A stretch of 63,919 nucleotides of DNA, counting the filler. It is 5 parts of 5 records of this genome, joined end to end, with 100 filler letters (N's around TTAATTAATTAA, not from the genome) between each part and the next. Parts side by side here need not be neighbours in the genome. Positions count along the whole stretch, not along the records: positions 1 to 11,284 come from SRR31156797_8302; 4 more parts are not named here. One strand, 5' to 3'. Made by a program: the position numbers and the translations under genes. The notes beneath the pieces are model-generated. The model was not told where the DNA came from, made no database searches, and saw only the letters and a program-made list of their open reading frames with translations. Of the stretch, positions 1 through 9,405 are shown in pieces. Positions within the stretch are counted from its first letter, which is position 1; every line of letters starts with the position of its first letter.

Positions 1-71
1 TATAACTTCTTTAAAAGCCTCCTTAAGAAATCTGCTTATATTATAAGTTAGTAGTATACTTTGTATACATT

Positions 72-548
72 TTATGAAAGACTTAGAGTAACTTTCTGTA
101 AAATTCTTTTTAAGTCCTCTTTATCTTGTTCAGTTAATGCCTCATAGGTCTCTTTTTTTAACTCTATTAAATCATCTAAACAATCAAGTAAAACCTTTTC
201 ACCTTTCTCTTCTAATTTAACAAGCATACTTCTTTTGTCGTTTGGGTTTGCTTGTCTAGAGATATAACCTAAAGACTCTAACTTTTTAAGAACCTTTGTC
301 ATTCCTCCTGAAGAAAAGATAATAGCTGAGTATAACTCTGTTGGTGATAACTCTTTACCATTAAAGTATAAAGAAGCCAAAACATCCACATCTGAATGAA
401 TCAAATTATACTTTTGTTTAAACATTTGCTCATTCTTATTAAAGTTATGTTTGTAAATTAAAGTAATAGGTAATGAGATATTAAACACATCATAACCCTC
501 TTTTTGCTTCATGTTTTCAAAAAATTTTTCTATATATTGTTTATCCAT
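72..548 (-). CDS. MarR family transcriptional regulator
   Basis: 158 aa winged HTH (LSPTELY...SSGGMTKVLKKLE, DKRSMLVKL). Divergent from the efflux operon. Confidence 0.9.
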   Translation of the reverse strand: MDKQYIEKFFENMKQKEGYDVFNISLPITLIYKHNFNKNEQMFKQKYNLIHSDVDVLASLYFNGKELSPTELYSAIIFSSGGMTKVLKKLESLGYISRQANPNDKRSMLVKLEEKGEKVLLDCLDDLIELKKETYEALTEQDKEDLKRILQKVTLSLS

Positions 549-583
549 GAAAGAATTTTAACACAAAGTTAATTAAAATCTTT

Positions 584-638
584 TATCTTTCTAGAAAGAT
601 AGTTTTAAGTTTTTATATGATATCTTTCTGGAAAGATA
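584..638. promoter_or_regulatory. Two 18-bp palindromic operators, probably bound by MarR
   Basis: TATCTTTC-TA-GAAAGATA (584-601) and TATCTTTC-TG-GAAAGATA (621-638) flank a TATGAT -10-like hexamer (616-621) in the marR/tolC spacer. Confidence 0.8.
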
Positions 639-650
639 AAAGGAGGCTAT

Positions 651-1874
651 TTGAAAAAATCAATATTAGCAATGTTTTTACCTCTTATTTTATTAGGTCA
701 AAACCTAGATGAGTTAGTTGAGTTATCATTAAAAAATCAACTTATCAACTCTTATGAATATGATACAGACTCAATAAAAAAAGAGTACGAAAGTGTAAAG
801 AGTTCTTACTACCCAAAACTAGATGTAAGTGCCACTTATTCAAATACAAATGAAGAAACACCAAGTGTTCCAAATGATGGAATAAGAAGTTCAGCAAGCA
901 TAAATTTTGTTTTATATGATGGAAATAAAAGATCAAATACTTTTAGCAAATATAGAAGTAACATCAAAAGCTCTCAAGAGAGTTTAAATTCATCAAAAAA
1001 CCAAATTGCTTTAGATGTTTCATCTTATTACTTTAACTATCTTGCTTTATTAGCTCAAAAAGAAGCAAAATTAAAGCAAATAGACCAATTAAAAGCACAA
1101 GAAGAGAGACTATCTAAGTTTTTAGCTGTTGGAAGTACAACGAAAGATGAAGTAGAAAAAATCATTTCAAGAGTAGAGAGTGAAAATGTAAACCTACACT
1201 CAATTGAACTTGATTTACAAACTATTTTATCTAACCTTGAGTATATAACTGGGAAAAAGATATCTATCTCAGAAGGTTCTATGATAAAAGATTATCAAGT
1301 GACACAAGACTCTCAAAGAGCAGATATCAAAGCTTTAGAATATGATGTTAAAGCACAGTTTGATAATGCAAAAGTTGAAAAAAGTGGTTACCTTCCTACT
1401 ATCACTTTAGACAATACATATACAGACTATGACTACAACTACGACAATTCTGCCTATGAATCTATTGAAGACCAAAACATATTTTCTGTAAATATGAAGT
1501 GGAACCTTTTCTCTTTTGGAGAAACAAAAAATAGATATGAAGCACAATACAAAAAATACTTAAGTCTAAAATCAAGATATGAGTATGAAAGAAATAGAGC
1601 AAACACTGATTTACAATTAGCTCAAAGAGCATTTAATATTGCAAAACTAAAAGTAAAATCAGCAAATGCGAGTTTAAAAGCTGCAACAAGTGCCTATGAA
1701 GTAATTAAATCGAAATATGAAAATGGTTTAATTGAAAATGTTGCATATCTTGAAGCTTTAAGTGAAAAATACGATGCAATGAGTCTATTAGAGTTTGCAA
1801 AATATGACTTAGAAATAAAAAAAGCAAATATTATCTACCACAGTGGAGAAAATTTAAAGGATTATATTAGATGA
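651..1874 (+). CDS. TolC family outer membrane efflux protein
   Basis: Signal peptide, YYPKLD/YLPTITL repeat motifs and helical coiled coils. AGGAGG RBS before the TTG start. Confidence 0.88.
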   Translation: MKKSILAMFLPLILLGQNLDELVELSLKNQLINSYEYDTDSIKKEYESVKSSYYPKLDVSATYSNTNEETPSVPNDGIRSSASINFVLYDGNKRSNTFSKYRSNIKSSQESLNSSKNQIALDVSSYYFNYLALLAQKEAKLKQIDQLKAQEERLSKFLAVGSTTKDEVEKIISRVESENVNLHSIELDLQTILSNLEYITGKKISISEGSMIKDYQVTQDSQRADIKALEYDVKAQFDNAKVEKSGYLPTITLDNTYTDYDYNYDNSAYESIEDQNIFSVNMKWNLFSFGETKNRYEAQYKKYLSLKSRYEYERNRANTDLQLAQRAFNIAKLKVKSANASLKAATSAYEVIKSKYENGLIENVAYLEALSEKYDAMSLLEFAKYDLEIKKANIIYHSGENLKDYIR

Positions 1875-2956
1875 TAAAATCAACGAGTAAAAAAATATTA
1901 CTACTTACAACTATTGCTGTTGTAGGTTTTACAGGATGTTTTCAAGGGGAAGCAAAGGACACAAAACAACAAACTTCACCTCAGAAACCTGCCTTACCTG
2001 TTCAAGTTTTTAAAGTAAATAAAGAGAACAATACAACAAACAAAACTTACCCAACTATTTTAAAAGCGTATGAGCAAGTAGATATTATGGCTAGAGTTTC
2101 TGGGTCATTAGAAAAGAAGTACTTCAATGAAGGTGATTTTGTAAAAAAAGGAACAATGCTTTATAAAATTGAGCCAGATATCTATTTAGCAAACCTAAAT
2201 ATGAAAAAAGCAAACTTTACAAAAGCAAAAAAAGATTATGAAAGAGCTAAGGCTTTATTTAAATCAAAATCTATTAGTAATCAAACTTTTGATGACTATA
2301 CTTTCCAGTATGAAAGTTCAAAAGCTGCATTAAAAGAGGCACAAATTAATTTAAACTATACAAATGTAAAAGCTCCAATTGATGGAATTGTAGGTCTTAA
2401 AAAACATAGTATTGGGGATTTAGTAGGTTCAAGTGCTGCAAATTCACACTTAATAACTATCACAAATACAAACCCTATTCATGCTGAGTTCTCTTTACCA
2501 AAAGATGATATGGATAGTTTCCTTGGTCAAATTAGAGCTAATAAAGTAAAAGTTAACTTACTTGCTAATGGTAAAACTTATAATAGTGGAGAGATAGATT
2601 TCATAGCTCCAACTATTGATTCAAATACTGATACTTTACTTTTAAGAGCTAAGTTTAAAAACCCTAATAATGAACTTGTTGTGGGTAACTTTACAAAAGT
2701 TGAACTTACAAATCTTTCTTTAGGTGAGGTTTTTATTATTCCTGAAAATGCCGTATTAAAAACTGCAAAAACAAGTATGGTTTATGTACTTGATGAAAAT
2801 AATATTGCAAAAGTTAGACCAGTAAAAACTGGAAGTTTAGTTGAAAAAGGAATAGTTATAAAAGATGGTTTAAACGTAAATGAACAAATTGTAATTAGTA
2901 ACCTTGCAAAACTAAGACCTAATACAAAAGTTCAAATTGTAAATAAAGAGAAATAG
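1871..2956 (+). CDS. RND efflux periplasmic adaptor (MFP) lipoprotein
   Basis: Lipobox FTGC. Motifs ARVSG, EGDFVKKG and VKAPIDG. Confidence 0.9.
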   Translation: MIKSTSKKILLLTTIAVVGFTGCFQGEAKDTKQQTSPQKPALPVQVFKVNKENNTTNKTYPTILKAYEQVDIMARVSGSLEKKYFNEGDFVKKGTMLYKIEPDIYLANLNMKKANFTKAKKDYERAKALFKSKSISNQTFDDYTFQYESSKAALKEAQINLNYTNVKAPIDGIVGLKKHSIGDLVGSSAANSHLITITNTNPIHAEFSLPKDDMDSFLGQIRANKVKVNLLANGKTYNSGEIDFIAPTIDSNTDTLLLRAKFKNPNNELVVGNFTKVELTNLSLGEVFIIPENAVLKTAKTSMVYVLDENNIAKVRPVKTGSLVEKGIVIKDGLNVNEQIVISNLAKLRPNTKVQIVNKEK

Positions 2957-2958
2957 TT

Positions 2959-5900
2959 ATGATTTCTTCATTTTTTATAAAAAAACCAGTATTTGCAGGT
3001 GTGTTATCTATTGTAATATTCCTTACTGGGTTAATCTCTATGTTCAATCTACCAATTGAACAATACCCAAGAGTTTTACCACCTCAAATTATTGTAAGTA
3101 CTTCATATCCAGGAGCAAGTGCTGATACTATTGCAAAAACTGTTGCTGCACCTTTAGAAGAGAAAATTAATGGTGCAAAAAACATGCTTTATATGAACTC
3201 AGTTGCAGAAGATAGTGGAAGATTAAATATTAATGTATTTTTTGAAGTTGGAACTGACCCAGACTCTGCAAAGATTGATGTAAACAATAGAGTTCAAGCA
3301 GCTTTAGCAAAAATGCCAGAACAAGTACAAAGACAAGGTGTTGTTGTAGGGGAAAGAAGTCCAAGTATTCTTATGTTTATTATGCTTCAATCTCCAAATG
3401 ATACTTATGACTCAGTATACTTATCAAACTATGCTCTTTTAAATATGGTTGAATCATTAAAAAGGGTAAATGGAGTAGGGGATGCTATCATCTTTGGTGC
3501 AAAAGATTACTCTATTAGAATCTGGATGGACCCAAGTAAGTTATCTAAATACTCACTTGCTACAACTGATGTAATTGCTGCAATTAAAGAACAAAATAAC
3601 CAATATGCAGCAGGTAAAATTGCAGCAGAACCAATTGCAAATAAACAGATGTATACATATACAATTCAAACTCCAAAAAGATTTGAAAATGCAAATCAAT
3701 TCGGTGATATTGTTATTAGAGCAAACGAAGATGGAAGTAGTTTAAAACTAAAAGATGTAGCTTCTATTGAACTTGGAGCAGCTGATTATAGTGTTGAAAC
3801 AAGATTAAACAATGCAGCATCTATTCCTATTGGTATTTTCTTACAAAGTGGTGCAAATGCACTTGAAACAGCAGATGCTATTAAAAGATCTTTAGAAGAG
3901 GCTCAAAAGAACTTCCCACAAGATATGACTTATAGCATTCCATATGATAGTACAGACTTTATTTCTGCTTCTATTGAAGAGGTTGTAAAGACTTTTATTG
4001 AAGCTTTAATTCTAGTTATTTTAATTATGTATTTATTCTTACAAAACTGGAGAGCTACAGTAATTCCATTTATTGCAGTTCCTATTTCAATTGTAGGTGC
4101 TTTTGCTGGTATGTATGTTTTAGGTTTTAGTATCAACTTACTAACACTATTTGGACTTGTATTAGCTATTGGTATTGTTGTTGATGATGCCATTATTGTA
4201 ATTGAAAATATTGAACGGCACATGGAAGAGGGTAAAACCCCTAAAGAAGCTGCCTTTATTGCCATGCAAGAAGTTACAGGAGCCTTAATTGCTATTATCT
4301 TAGTTCTTGGTGCTATCTTTATTCCTGTTGCCTTTATGGGTGGTTTAAGTGGAGAGATGTATAGACAGTTTGCCATTACTATTGTTATTTCAGTAATGAT
4401 TTCTGGTTTTGTTGCTTTAACATTAACTCCAACATTATGTGTAAAGATATTAAAAAATAGAAAACATGAACCAAAAGGTTTCTTTAAATGGTTTAACAAC
4501 ATGTTTGATAAAGCAACTGAAGGGTATTCATACTTAGTTAAAAAGACTATTAGATTCTCTTTAATATCTATTTTACTTTATGCTGGTCTTATTTTTGTTT
4601 CATATGATATGTTTAAATCTATGAAAACTGGACTTGTTCCACAAGAAGACCAAGGTACTATTTTTGTATTTGGATTTAACCCTCCTGGTTACTCTTTATC
4701 AAAATCTTTAGAGTTATCAGAAGAGACAAATGCAATTGTTTCACAAGATGAGAATGTTGCAAATATCATTACTCTTGCAGGGTATGACTTTACAACATCA
4801 GCTCAAAGAACACATACAGTTGCAACAATTATTAAACTAAAAGACTGGAGTGAAAGACCAAATGAAGAACAGGGTGCCCAAGCACTTCTAGGAAAATTCT
4901 CTAAACAACTTATGGGTACAAGTGAAGGTTTCTCATTTGCCGTTGTTCCACCTCCAATTATGGGAATGAGTATTACCGGTGGATTTGATATGTATGTTCA
5001 AGATAGAACTGGTGGTAGTGTTGAAGACTTAGGAAAAGTAGTTAATCAAATACTTGAAAAAGCAAAAACTAGACCTGAACTAATTGGTGTTAGAACATCT
5101 TTATCTGCAACAATTCCTCAATATAAAGTTGATGTGGATGTGGAAAAAGCAAAAGCAAAAGGTGTAAACCTAAACGATATTTATAGCACTATTACTTCAA
5201 CATATGGAAGTTTTTATGTAAATGACTTCTCTTTATATGGAAGAACATATAGAGTAAATTTACAAGCTGATTCTGAGTATAGAAACAATATTGAAGACTT
5301 TAAAGAAATTTTTGTAAGAGCAAACAATGGAGAACTACTTCCTATTAACTCATTTATCTCTTATAAAAAAGTAGTTGGTGCTGATATTGTTGAAAGATTT
5401 AACCTTTTCCAAGCAGCAAAAGTATCAGGACAACCAGCAGCTGGATATAGTTCTGGGGATGCATTAAAAGCTATTGAAGAAGTAGCAAATGAAGTATTAC
5501 CATCAGGATATACTATTAGTTGGACAGGTTCAGCTTATCAAGAGAAACAAGTAGGTGGAAGTTCTGCTATGGCATTTGTATTTGGACTTGTTTTCTTATT
5601 CTTAATTTTATGTGCTTTATATGAAAGATGGTTACTTCCTATTTCAGTTGTTTTAGCTGTTCCATTTGCAGTATTTGGGGCAATCTTAGCAACAAATTTA
5701 AGAGCACTTGATAACAATATCTACTTCCAGATTGGACTTTTAGTTCTTGCAGGTCTTGCAGCTAAAAATGCCATCTTAATTGTAGAGTTTGCTATTCAAA
5801 AACAAAAAGAAGGTTTCAACTTAATTGATGCTGCTTTAGAAGCTGCAAAAGTAAGATTAAGACCAATTATTATGACTTCTTTAGCCTTTACAGTAGGTGT

Positions 5901-6066
5901 TTTACCATTAGCTATTAGTAATGGAGCAGGGGCTGCTAGTAAACACTCTATTGGTACAGGAGTTATTGGGGGAATGTTAGCTGCAACATTTATTGCAATT
6001 GTATTTATTCCTCTGTTCTTTATTCTTATTTCAAAGCTATCTAAAAAAAAGAGTGAAGAGTCATAA
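2959..6066 (+). CDS. HAE1 family RND multidrug efflux permease (AcrB/CmeB-like)
   Basis: 1035 aa with GIVVDDAIIVIEN, AKNAILIVEFA and RLRPIIMTS. Confidence 0.95.
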   Translation: MISSFFIKKPVFAGVLSIVIFLTGLISMFNLPIEQYPRVLPPQIIVSTSYPGASADTIAKTVAAPLEEKINGAKNMLYMNSVAEDSGRLNINVFFEVGTDPDSAKIDVNNRVQAALAKMPEQVQRQGVVVGERSPSILMFIMLQSPNDTYDSVYLSNYALLNMVESLKRVNGVGDAIIFGAKDYSIRIWMDPSKLSKYSLATTDVIAAIKEQNNQYAAGKIAAEPIANKQMYTYTIQTPKRFENANQFGDIVIRANEDGSSLKLKDVASIELGAADYSVETRLNNAASIPIGIFLQSGANALETADAIKRSLEEAQKNFPQDMTYSIPYDSTDFISASIEEVVKTFIEALILVILIMYLFLQNWRATVIPFIAVPISIVGAFAGMYVLGFSINLLTLFGLVLAIGIVVDDAIIVIENIERHMEEGKTPKEAAFIAMQEVTGALIAIILVLGAIFIPVAFMGGLSGEMYRQFAITIVISVMISGFVALTLTPTLCVKILKNRKHEPKGFFKWFNNMFDKATEGYSYLVKKTIRFSLISILLYAGLIFVSYDMFKSMKTGLVPQEDQGTIFVFGFNPPGYSLSKSLELSEETNAIVSQDENVANIITLAGYDFTTSAQRTHTVATIIKLKDWSERPNEEQGAQALLGKFSKQLMGTSEGFSFAVVPPPIMGMSITGGFDMYVQDRTGGSVEDLGKVVNQILEKAKTRPELIGVRTSLSATIPQYKVDVDVEKAKAKGVNLNDIYSTITSTYGSFYVNDFSLYGRTYRVNLQADSEYRNNIEDFKEIFVRANNGELLPINSFISYKKVVGADIVERFNLFQAAKVSGQPAAGYSSGDALKAIEEVANEVLPSGYTISWTGSAYQEKQVGGSSAMAFVFGLVFLFLILCALYERWLLPISVVLAVPFAVFGAILATNLRALDNNIYFQIGLLVLAGLAAKNAILIVEFAIQKQKEGFNLIDAALEAAKVRLRPIIMTSLAFTVGVLPLAISNGAGAASKHSIGTGVIGGMLAATFIAIVFIPLFFILISKLSKKKSEES

Positions 6067-6660
6067 ATGACAAAAGAAGAAAAACAAGAAAAACGACGGT
6101 GCATGGCACTGTCGTGCCTTGATGCCTTTTTAAATACAAACTATCAAAACCTTACTGTAACTTCTTTAGCAAAACAATCAAATATTGCTAAAGGAACTTT
6201 ATATGAATACTTCAAAAATAAAGAAGATATTATTTTAGAGTTAACAGAAGGTCTTTATGAGCAATGGAAAGAGAAAACCGAAAAAGAAGTAAAACAAAAA
6301 GAGAATTTAAAAGATAAGTTTGAGTGTTTTTTTACAATGGTTTATACAAAAGAGTTTAAAAACTATAGAACTATTTTAAATATTTTTGCAGGACTTAGCC
6401 ACTATGAAGAAGAGGAGACTTTTAAAAACTTTTTAAAAAAGATATATGAAGAACACCTTGAAGTTATAAACTCTCTTGTAGAAGAGGGGATTAAACAAGA
6501 ACTCTTTATAAAAGAGGCTAGAAACTTAACTAGAGGCTTATTAAACTCATTTATAGGCTTTTTCCATATCTCACTATTAAATGAGAAAGAAACAACCTCT
6601 ATAGAGGAAATTAGAAGCTTTCTAAAGAATTTTTTTCTAACAATAGAAAAAACTAACTAA
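6067..6660 (+). CDS. TetR/AcrR family regulator
   Basis: HTH motif IAKGTLYEYFKNKEDI. Starts immediately after the RND stop codon. Confidence 0.88.
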   Translation: MTKEEKQEKRRCMALSCLDAFLNTNYQNLTVTSLAKQSNIAKGTLYEYFKNKEDIILELTEGLYEQWKEKTEKEVKQKENLKDKFECFFTMVYTKEFKNYRTILNIFAGLSHYEEEETFKNFLKKIYEEHLEVINSLVEEGIKQELFIKEARNLTRGLLNSFIGFFHISLLNEKETTSIEEIRSFLKNFFLTIEKTN

Positions 6661-7075
6661 CAAAATACAAAGTTGCTATTGCTAAAAATAGATATCTAAA
6701 GAACTTAGCAATAAAAACTAAGAATAAAAACTTTTTTAAATCATATTTAAAAACACCTGCTATTAAAGTCAAAGGGTCACCAATAACAGGTGCCCAAGAA
6801 AGAAGTAAAGAGTAAGCTCCATATTTATCAAAAAACTTTTTATACCTCTTTATTTTCTCTTCTTTTAAATATGATTTTTTTTCTAAATACTCTTCCCCTT
6901 TTAATCCTATAAAATAGTTAAGTAAAGACCCTAGAACATTTCCTACAGTTGCAAAAGCTAGAAGGTACACTAAATTATAGCCTTCATTGATATTATAAAC
7001 CAGCAAAGCCTCACTTCCTAAAGGAAATAAAGTTGCTGAAATAAAGGCTGAAATAAATAGTGTTAGATAAATCAA
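6653..7075 (-). CDS. YqaA/DedA (VTT domain) membrane protein
   Basis: Motifs SATLFPLGSE, GNVLGS and LLSWAPVIGDPL. Confidence 0.85.
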   Translation of the reverse strand: MIYLTLFISAFISATLFPLGSEALLVYNINEGYNLVYLLAFATVGNVLGSLLNYFIGLKGEEYLEKKSYLKEEKIKRYKKFFDKYGAYSLLLSWAPVIGDPLTLIAGVFKYDLKKFLFLVFIAKFFRYLFLAIATLYFVS

Positions 7076-7974
7076 ATCTTTCTTCTTTTAAATCTTTTTA
7101 CTGTAATTTGTGAGATTATAACCCCAAATAAAATTGTAGCACTTGCTACTAACTCTGTTGTTGTTAACTTCTCTCCTAAAATTAAAAAAGCCAAAATAAG
7201 TGTAAAAATTGGAATTAAATTTACAAACATTGCAGCTCTTGATGCTTCTATTTTAGTTAAAGCAAAGTTAAAAAGTCCATATCCTAATAAGGTAACCACT
7301 ATACCTAAATAAATAGACCAAGAAACAGCTTCAACAGAGAAAGTCATCTCCTTTGTACTTACCTCAAAAATAAAAAATGGTAAGAAAAATACAAAACCAA
7401 TAAATGCTTGAATTGCTGTTATAAACAGTGCAGAAAACTTCTCACTTAAATACCTTGCAACCAAAGTATAACCTGTAGCACAAGCCATTGCACAAAACTC
7501 TAAAAAGTTTCCAAGCATAGGATTTGGTGCAGACTCAGTTGTAGTTGCTTGAACACTTAACCAAACAACACCTATCATAGCTACAACCGAACCAAATAAC
7601 AACTGCCTAGAGATAATCTCTTTTAAGAAGTAACCTGCTGCCATAGCTGTCATTAAAGGCATAAGCGATGTAATCATTCCTGCTTGTGAAGCAGATGTAT
7701 ACAATAAAGCCTTTGCTTCAAATACAAAATATAAACACGGCTCAAAAAACCCAAGTAATAGGATTAGTTGAATATCTCGTTTTGTAAAATCATATTTTAA
7801 AAACCTTTTTATAAAAAATATAAAACACAATGATGCAGCAGCCATTCTTATAAAAATAACAGTATATTCACCTAAATCTACCATTGCTGCTTTTAGTGCA
7901 ATAAATGAACTTCCCCATATAAACATGGCGAAGATGATGGATACTAATCCAACTAAATTAAAATCTTTTGTCAA
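7072..7974 (-). CDS. DMT (EamA) family transporter
   Basis: IWGSSF start motif, about 10 hydrophobic helices and two EamA halves. Confidence 0.88.
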   Translation of the reverse strand: MTKDFNLVGLVSIIFAMFIWGSSFIALKAAMVDLGEYTVIFIRMAAASLCFIFFIKRFLKYDFTKRDIQLILLLGFFEPCLYFVFEAKALLYTSASQAGMITSLMPLMTAMAAGYFLKEIISRQLLFGSVVAMIGVVWLSVQATTTESAPNPMLGNFLEFCAMACATGYTLVARYLSEKFSALFITAIQAFIGFVFFLPFFIFEVSTKEMTFSVEAVSWSIYLGIVVTLLGYGLFNFALTKIEASRAAMFVNLIPIFTLILAFLILGEKLTTTELVASATILFGVIISQITVKRFKRRKI

Positions 7975-8083
7975 CTCTATTCTCTTTCACATAATTTTTA
8001 AAAGCGGAATTATACTCCTAGAAACTTTCCTAGTAACTTAAATATTTACAGAAGTTTTAAGTTTTGTAAAGATATAATTGCAG

Positions 8084-8224
8084 TCTTCAAAGATGAGCAC
8101 AAAGAGTATCTAGGTACTTTTGATGCTCTTCTTTAGACCTTTACAATCGTTTTTAAAGACAATGCCCCAGGGTGGGAACACAGCAAGGCACCTTTATCTA
8201 TGGTGTGTTTGGGTATCTGGAGAA
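8084..8224 (+). ncRNA. ffs: Signal recognition particle RNA (4.5S)
   Basis: Domain IV signature TGCC-C-CAGG-GTG-GGAA-CAC-AGCA-A-GGCA at 8163-8190 (GGAA tetraloop, CAGG/AGCA symmetric loop). TATAAT at 8073-8078 upstream and a terminator downstream. Ends are approximate. Confidence 0.85.
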
Positions 8225-8249
8225 GAGTGCTTTTTAGCACTTCTTTTTT
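8221..8249 (+). terminator. Intrinsic terminator after ffs
   Basis: AGAAG-A-GTGCT-TTTT-AGCAC-TTCT followed by a T-run, between convergent transcripts. Confidence 0.7.
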
Positions 8250-8865
8250 AAATCAAATCAGAAAAATCTTCATTTAAAATCAATAGTTTTTTATCTTTTC
8301 GATTATAAATAAATCTTGAATCTTTTTGTTGTATAGCTTTTAAAATTATAAGTTTTATATCTTTTTCGCTTTTATTGTGCTTTTTTAAATATAGAGTAAA
8401 CTCTAATAAAGAGATAAATCTCTCTTTTTCTTCCTCATTATTTTGTGTTTGATGAACTGTTTCAATCTGAGGTTGCTTATAGATAGAACGCATCTCATTA
8501 AATGCACTTTGTAAAAGCTCAATTTCTCTATTAAATACAGTGATAATTCTTTTTTGATTTTTTTCTAGTCTATATATTTCAGATGAGTACTGTTTTTTCA
8601 TCCATTTAACTGACTTTTTTAGAAGGTCAATTTGCTCATCTTTTACTTTAATAACTTCTTCATAGCCATTAAAAGTCTCTCGTTTCAATTCTACTTTTGG
8701 TTCTTCATAACTAGTCTGGTCTTGAATATGTTCAGGAATATAAACATATGTTTTACCAGACTTTTTTATAGATTTAAGTTGATTTTTCTTAATTCTATAA
8801 TGAACTCCTTGAAGTGATAGTCCAAGTATTTGTGCAGCTTGAGCTGTTGTAACTAATCTCTCCAA
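8248..8865 (-). CDS. N-terminal HTH (MerR/excisionase-like) coiled-coil DNA-binding protein
   Basis: TTAQAAQILGLSLQGVHYRIK HTH and a central coiled coil (KDEQIDLLK...). Confidence 0.7.
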   Translation of the reverse strand: MERLVTTAQAAQILGLSLQGVHYRIKKNQLKSIKKSGKTYVYIPEHIQDQTSYEEPKVELKRETFNGYEEVIKVKDEQIDLLKKSVKWMKKQYSSEIYRLEKNQKRIITVFNREIELLQSAFNEMRSIYKQPQIETVHQTQNNEEEKERFISLLEFTLYLKKHNKSEKDIKLIILKAIQQKDSRFIYNRKDKKLLILNEDFSDLI

Positions 8866-8876
8866 AGAATTTTTCC

Positions 8877-9254
8877 TTACATTTTGTCACTATCAATTTC
8901 AATAACAGTGTGTACATTACCTCTTGGTTTAAAGTCTGCAATAACTTTCATCCATCTTGGTTGTAACTTTTCATATAGAGTATCAAAAATCTCATTTGCA
9001 GAGTTTTCATGAGATACTTCTCTAAGCATGAAAGAGTTGATATAAAGTTTTAATGCTTTTAACTCTATAACTTTTTCATTTGGAGTATATTGAAGTTTGA
9101 TTGTTGCAAAATCAGGATATCCACTTCTTGGACATTTTGCCATGAACTCTGGAAGTTCAATATCAATGATATAGTTTTTTTTGTTTTTATTTGGCCAATA
9201 ATGCTCTTCATTGTTAATGTCAAATTCTACAATCTCTTTTTCACCATATTTCAT
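8877..9254 (-). CDS. queF: preQ1 synthase (7-cyano-7-deazaguanine reductase), type I
   Basis: Motifs PEFMAKCPRSGYPDFA, IELKALKLY, SHE and PRGN. Confidence 0.95.
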   Translation of the reverse strand: MKYGEKEIVEFDINNEEHYWPNKNKKNYIIDIELPEFMAKCPRSGYPDFATIKLQYTPNEKVIELKALKLYINSFMLREVSHENSANEIFDTLYEKLQPRWMKVIADFKPRGNVHTVIEIDSDKM

Positions 9255-9405
9255 TAAATATACCTTTTAAATTTTTTTATATTAAAAGATATTTTATCCA
9301 AACTATACTTACAAATTTTTTTATATAAAAGATGTCAAAATTGTATACTAATAGTATAAGTTATGTTAAGATATATATTATTTATTTCACATCAAAGGTT
9401 TACTT

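Noticed and set aside
8084-8224. 6S RNA interpretation of the structured intergenic RNA
   Set aside because: It contains the SRP domain IV motif CAGG-GTG-GGAA-CAC-AGCA, so ffs fits better.
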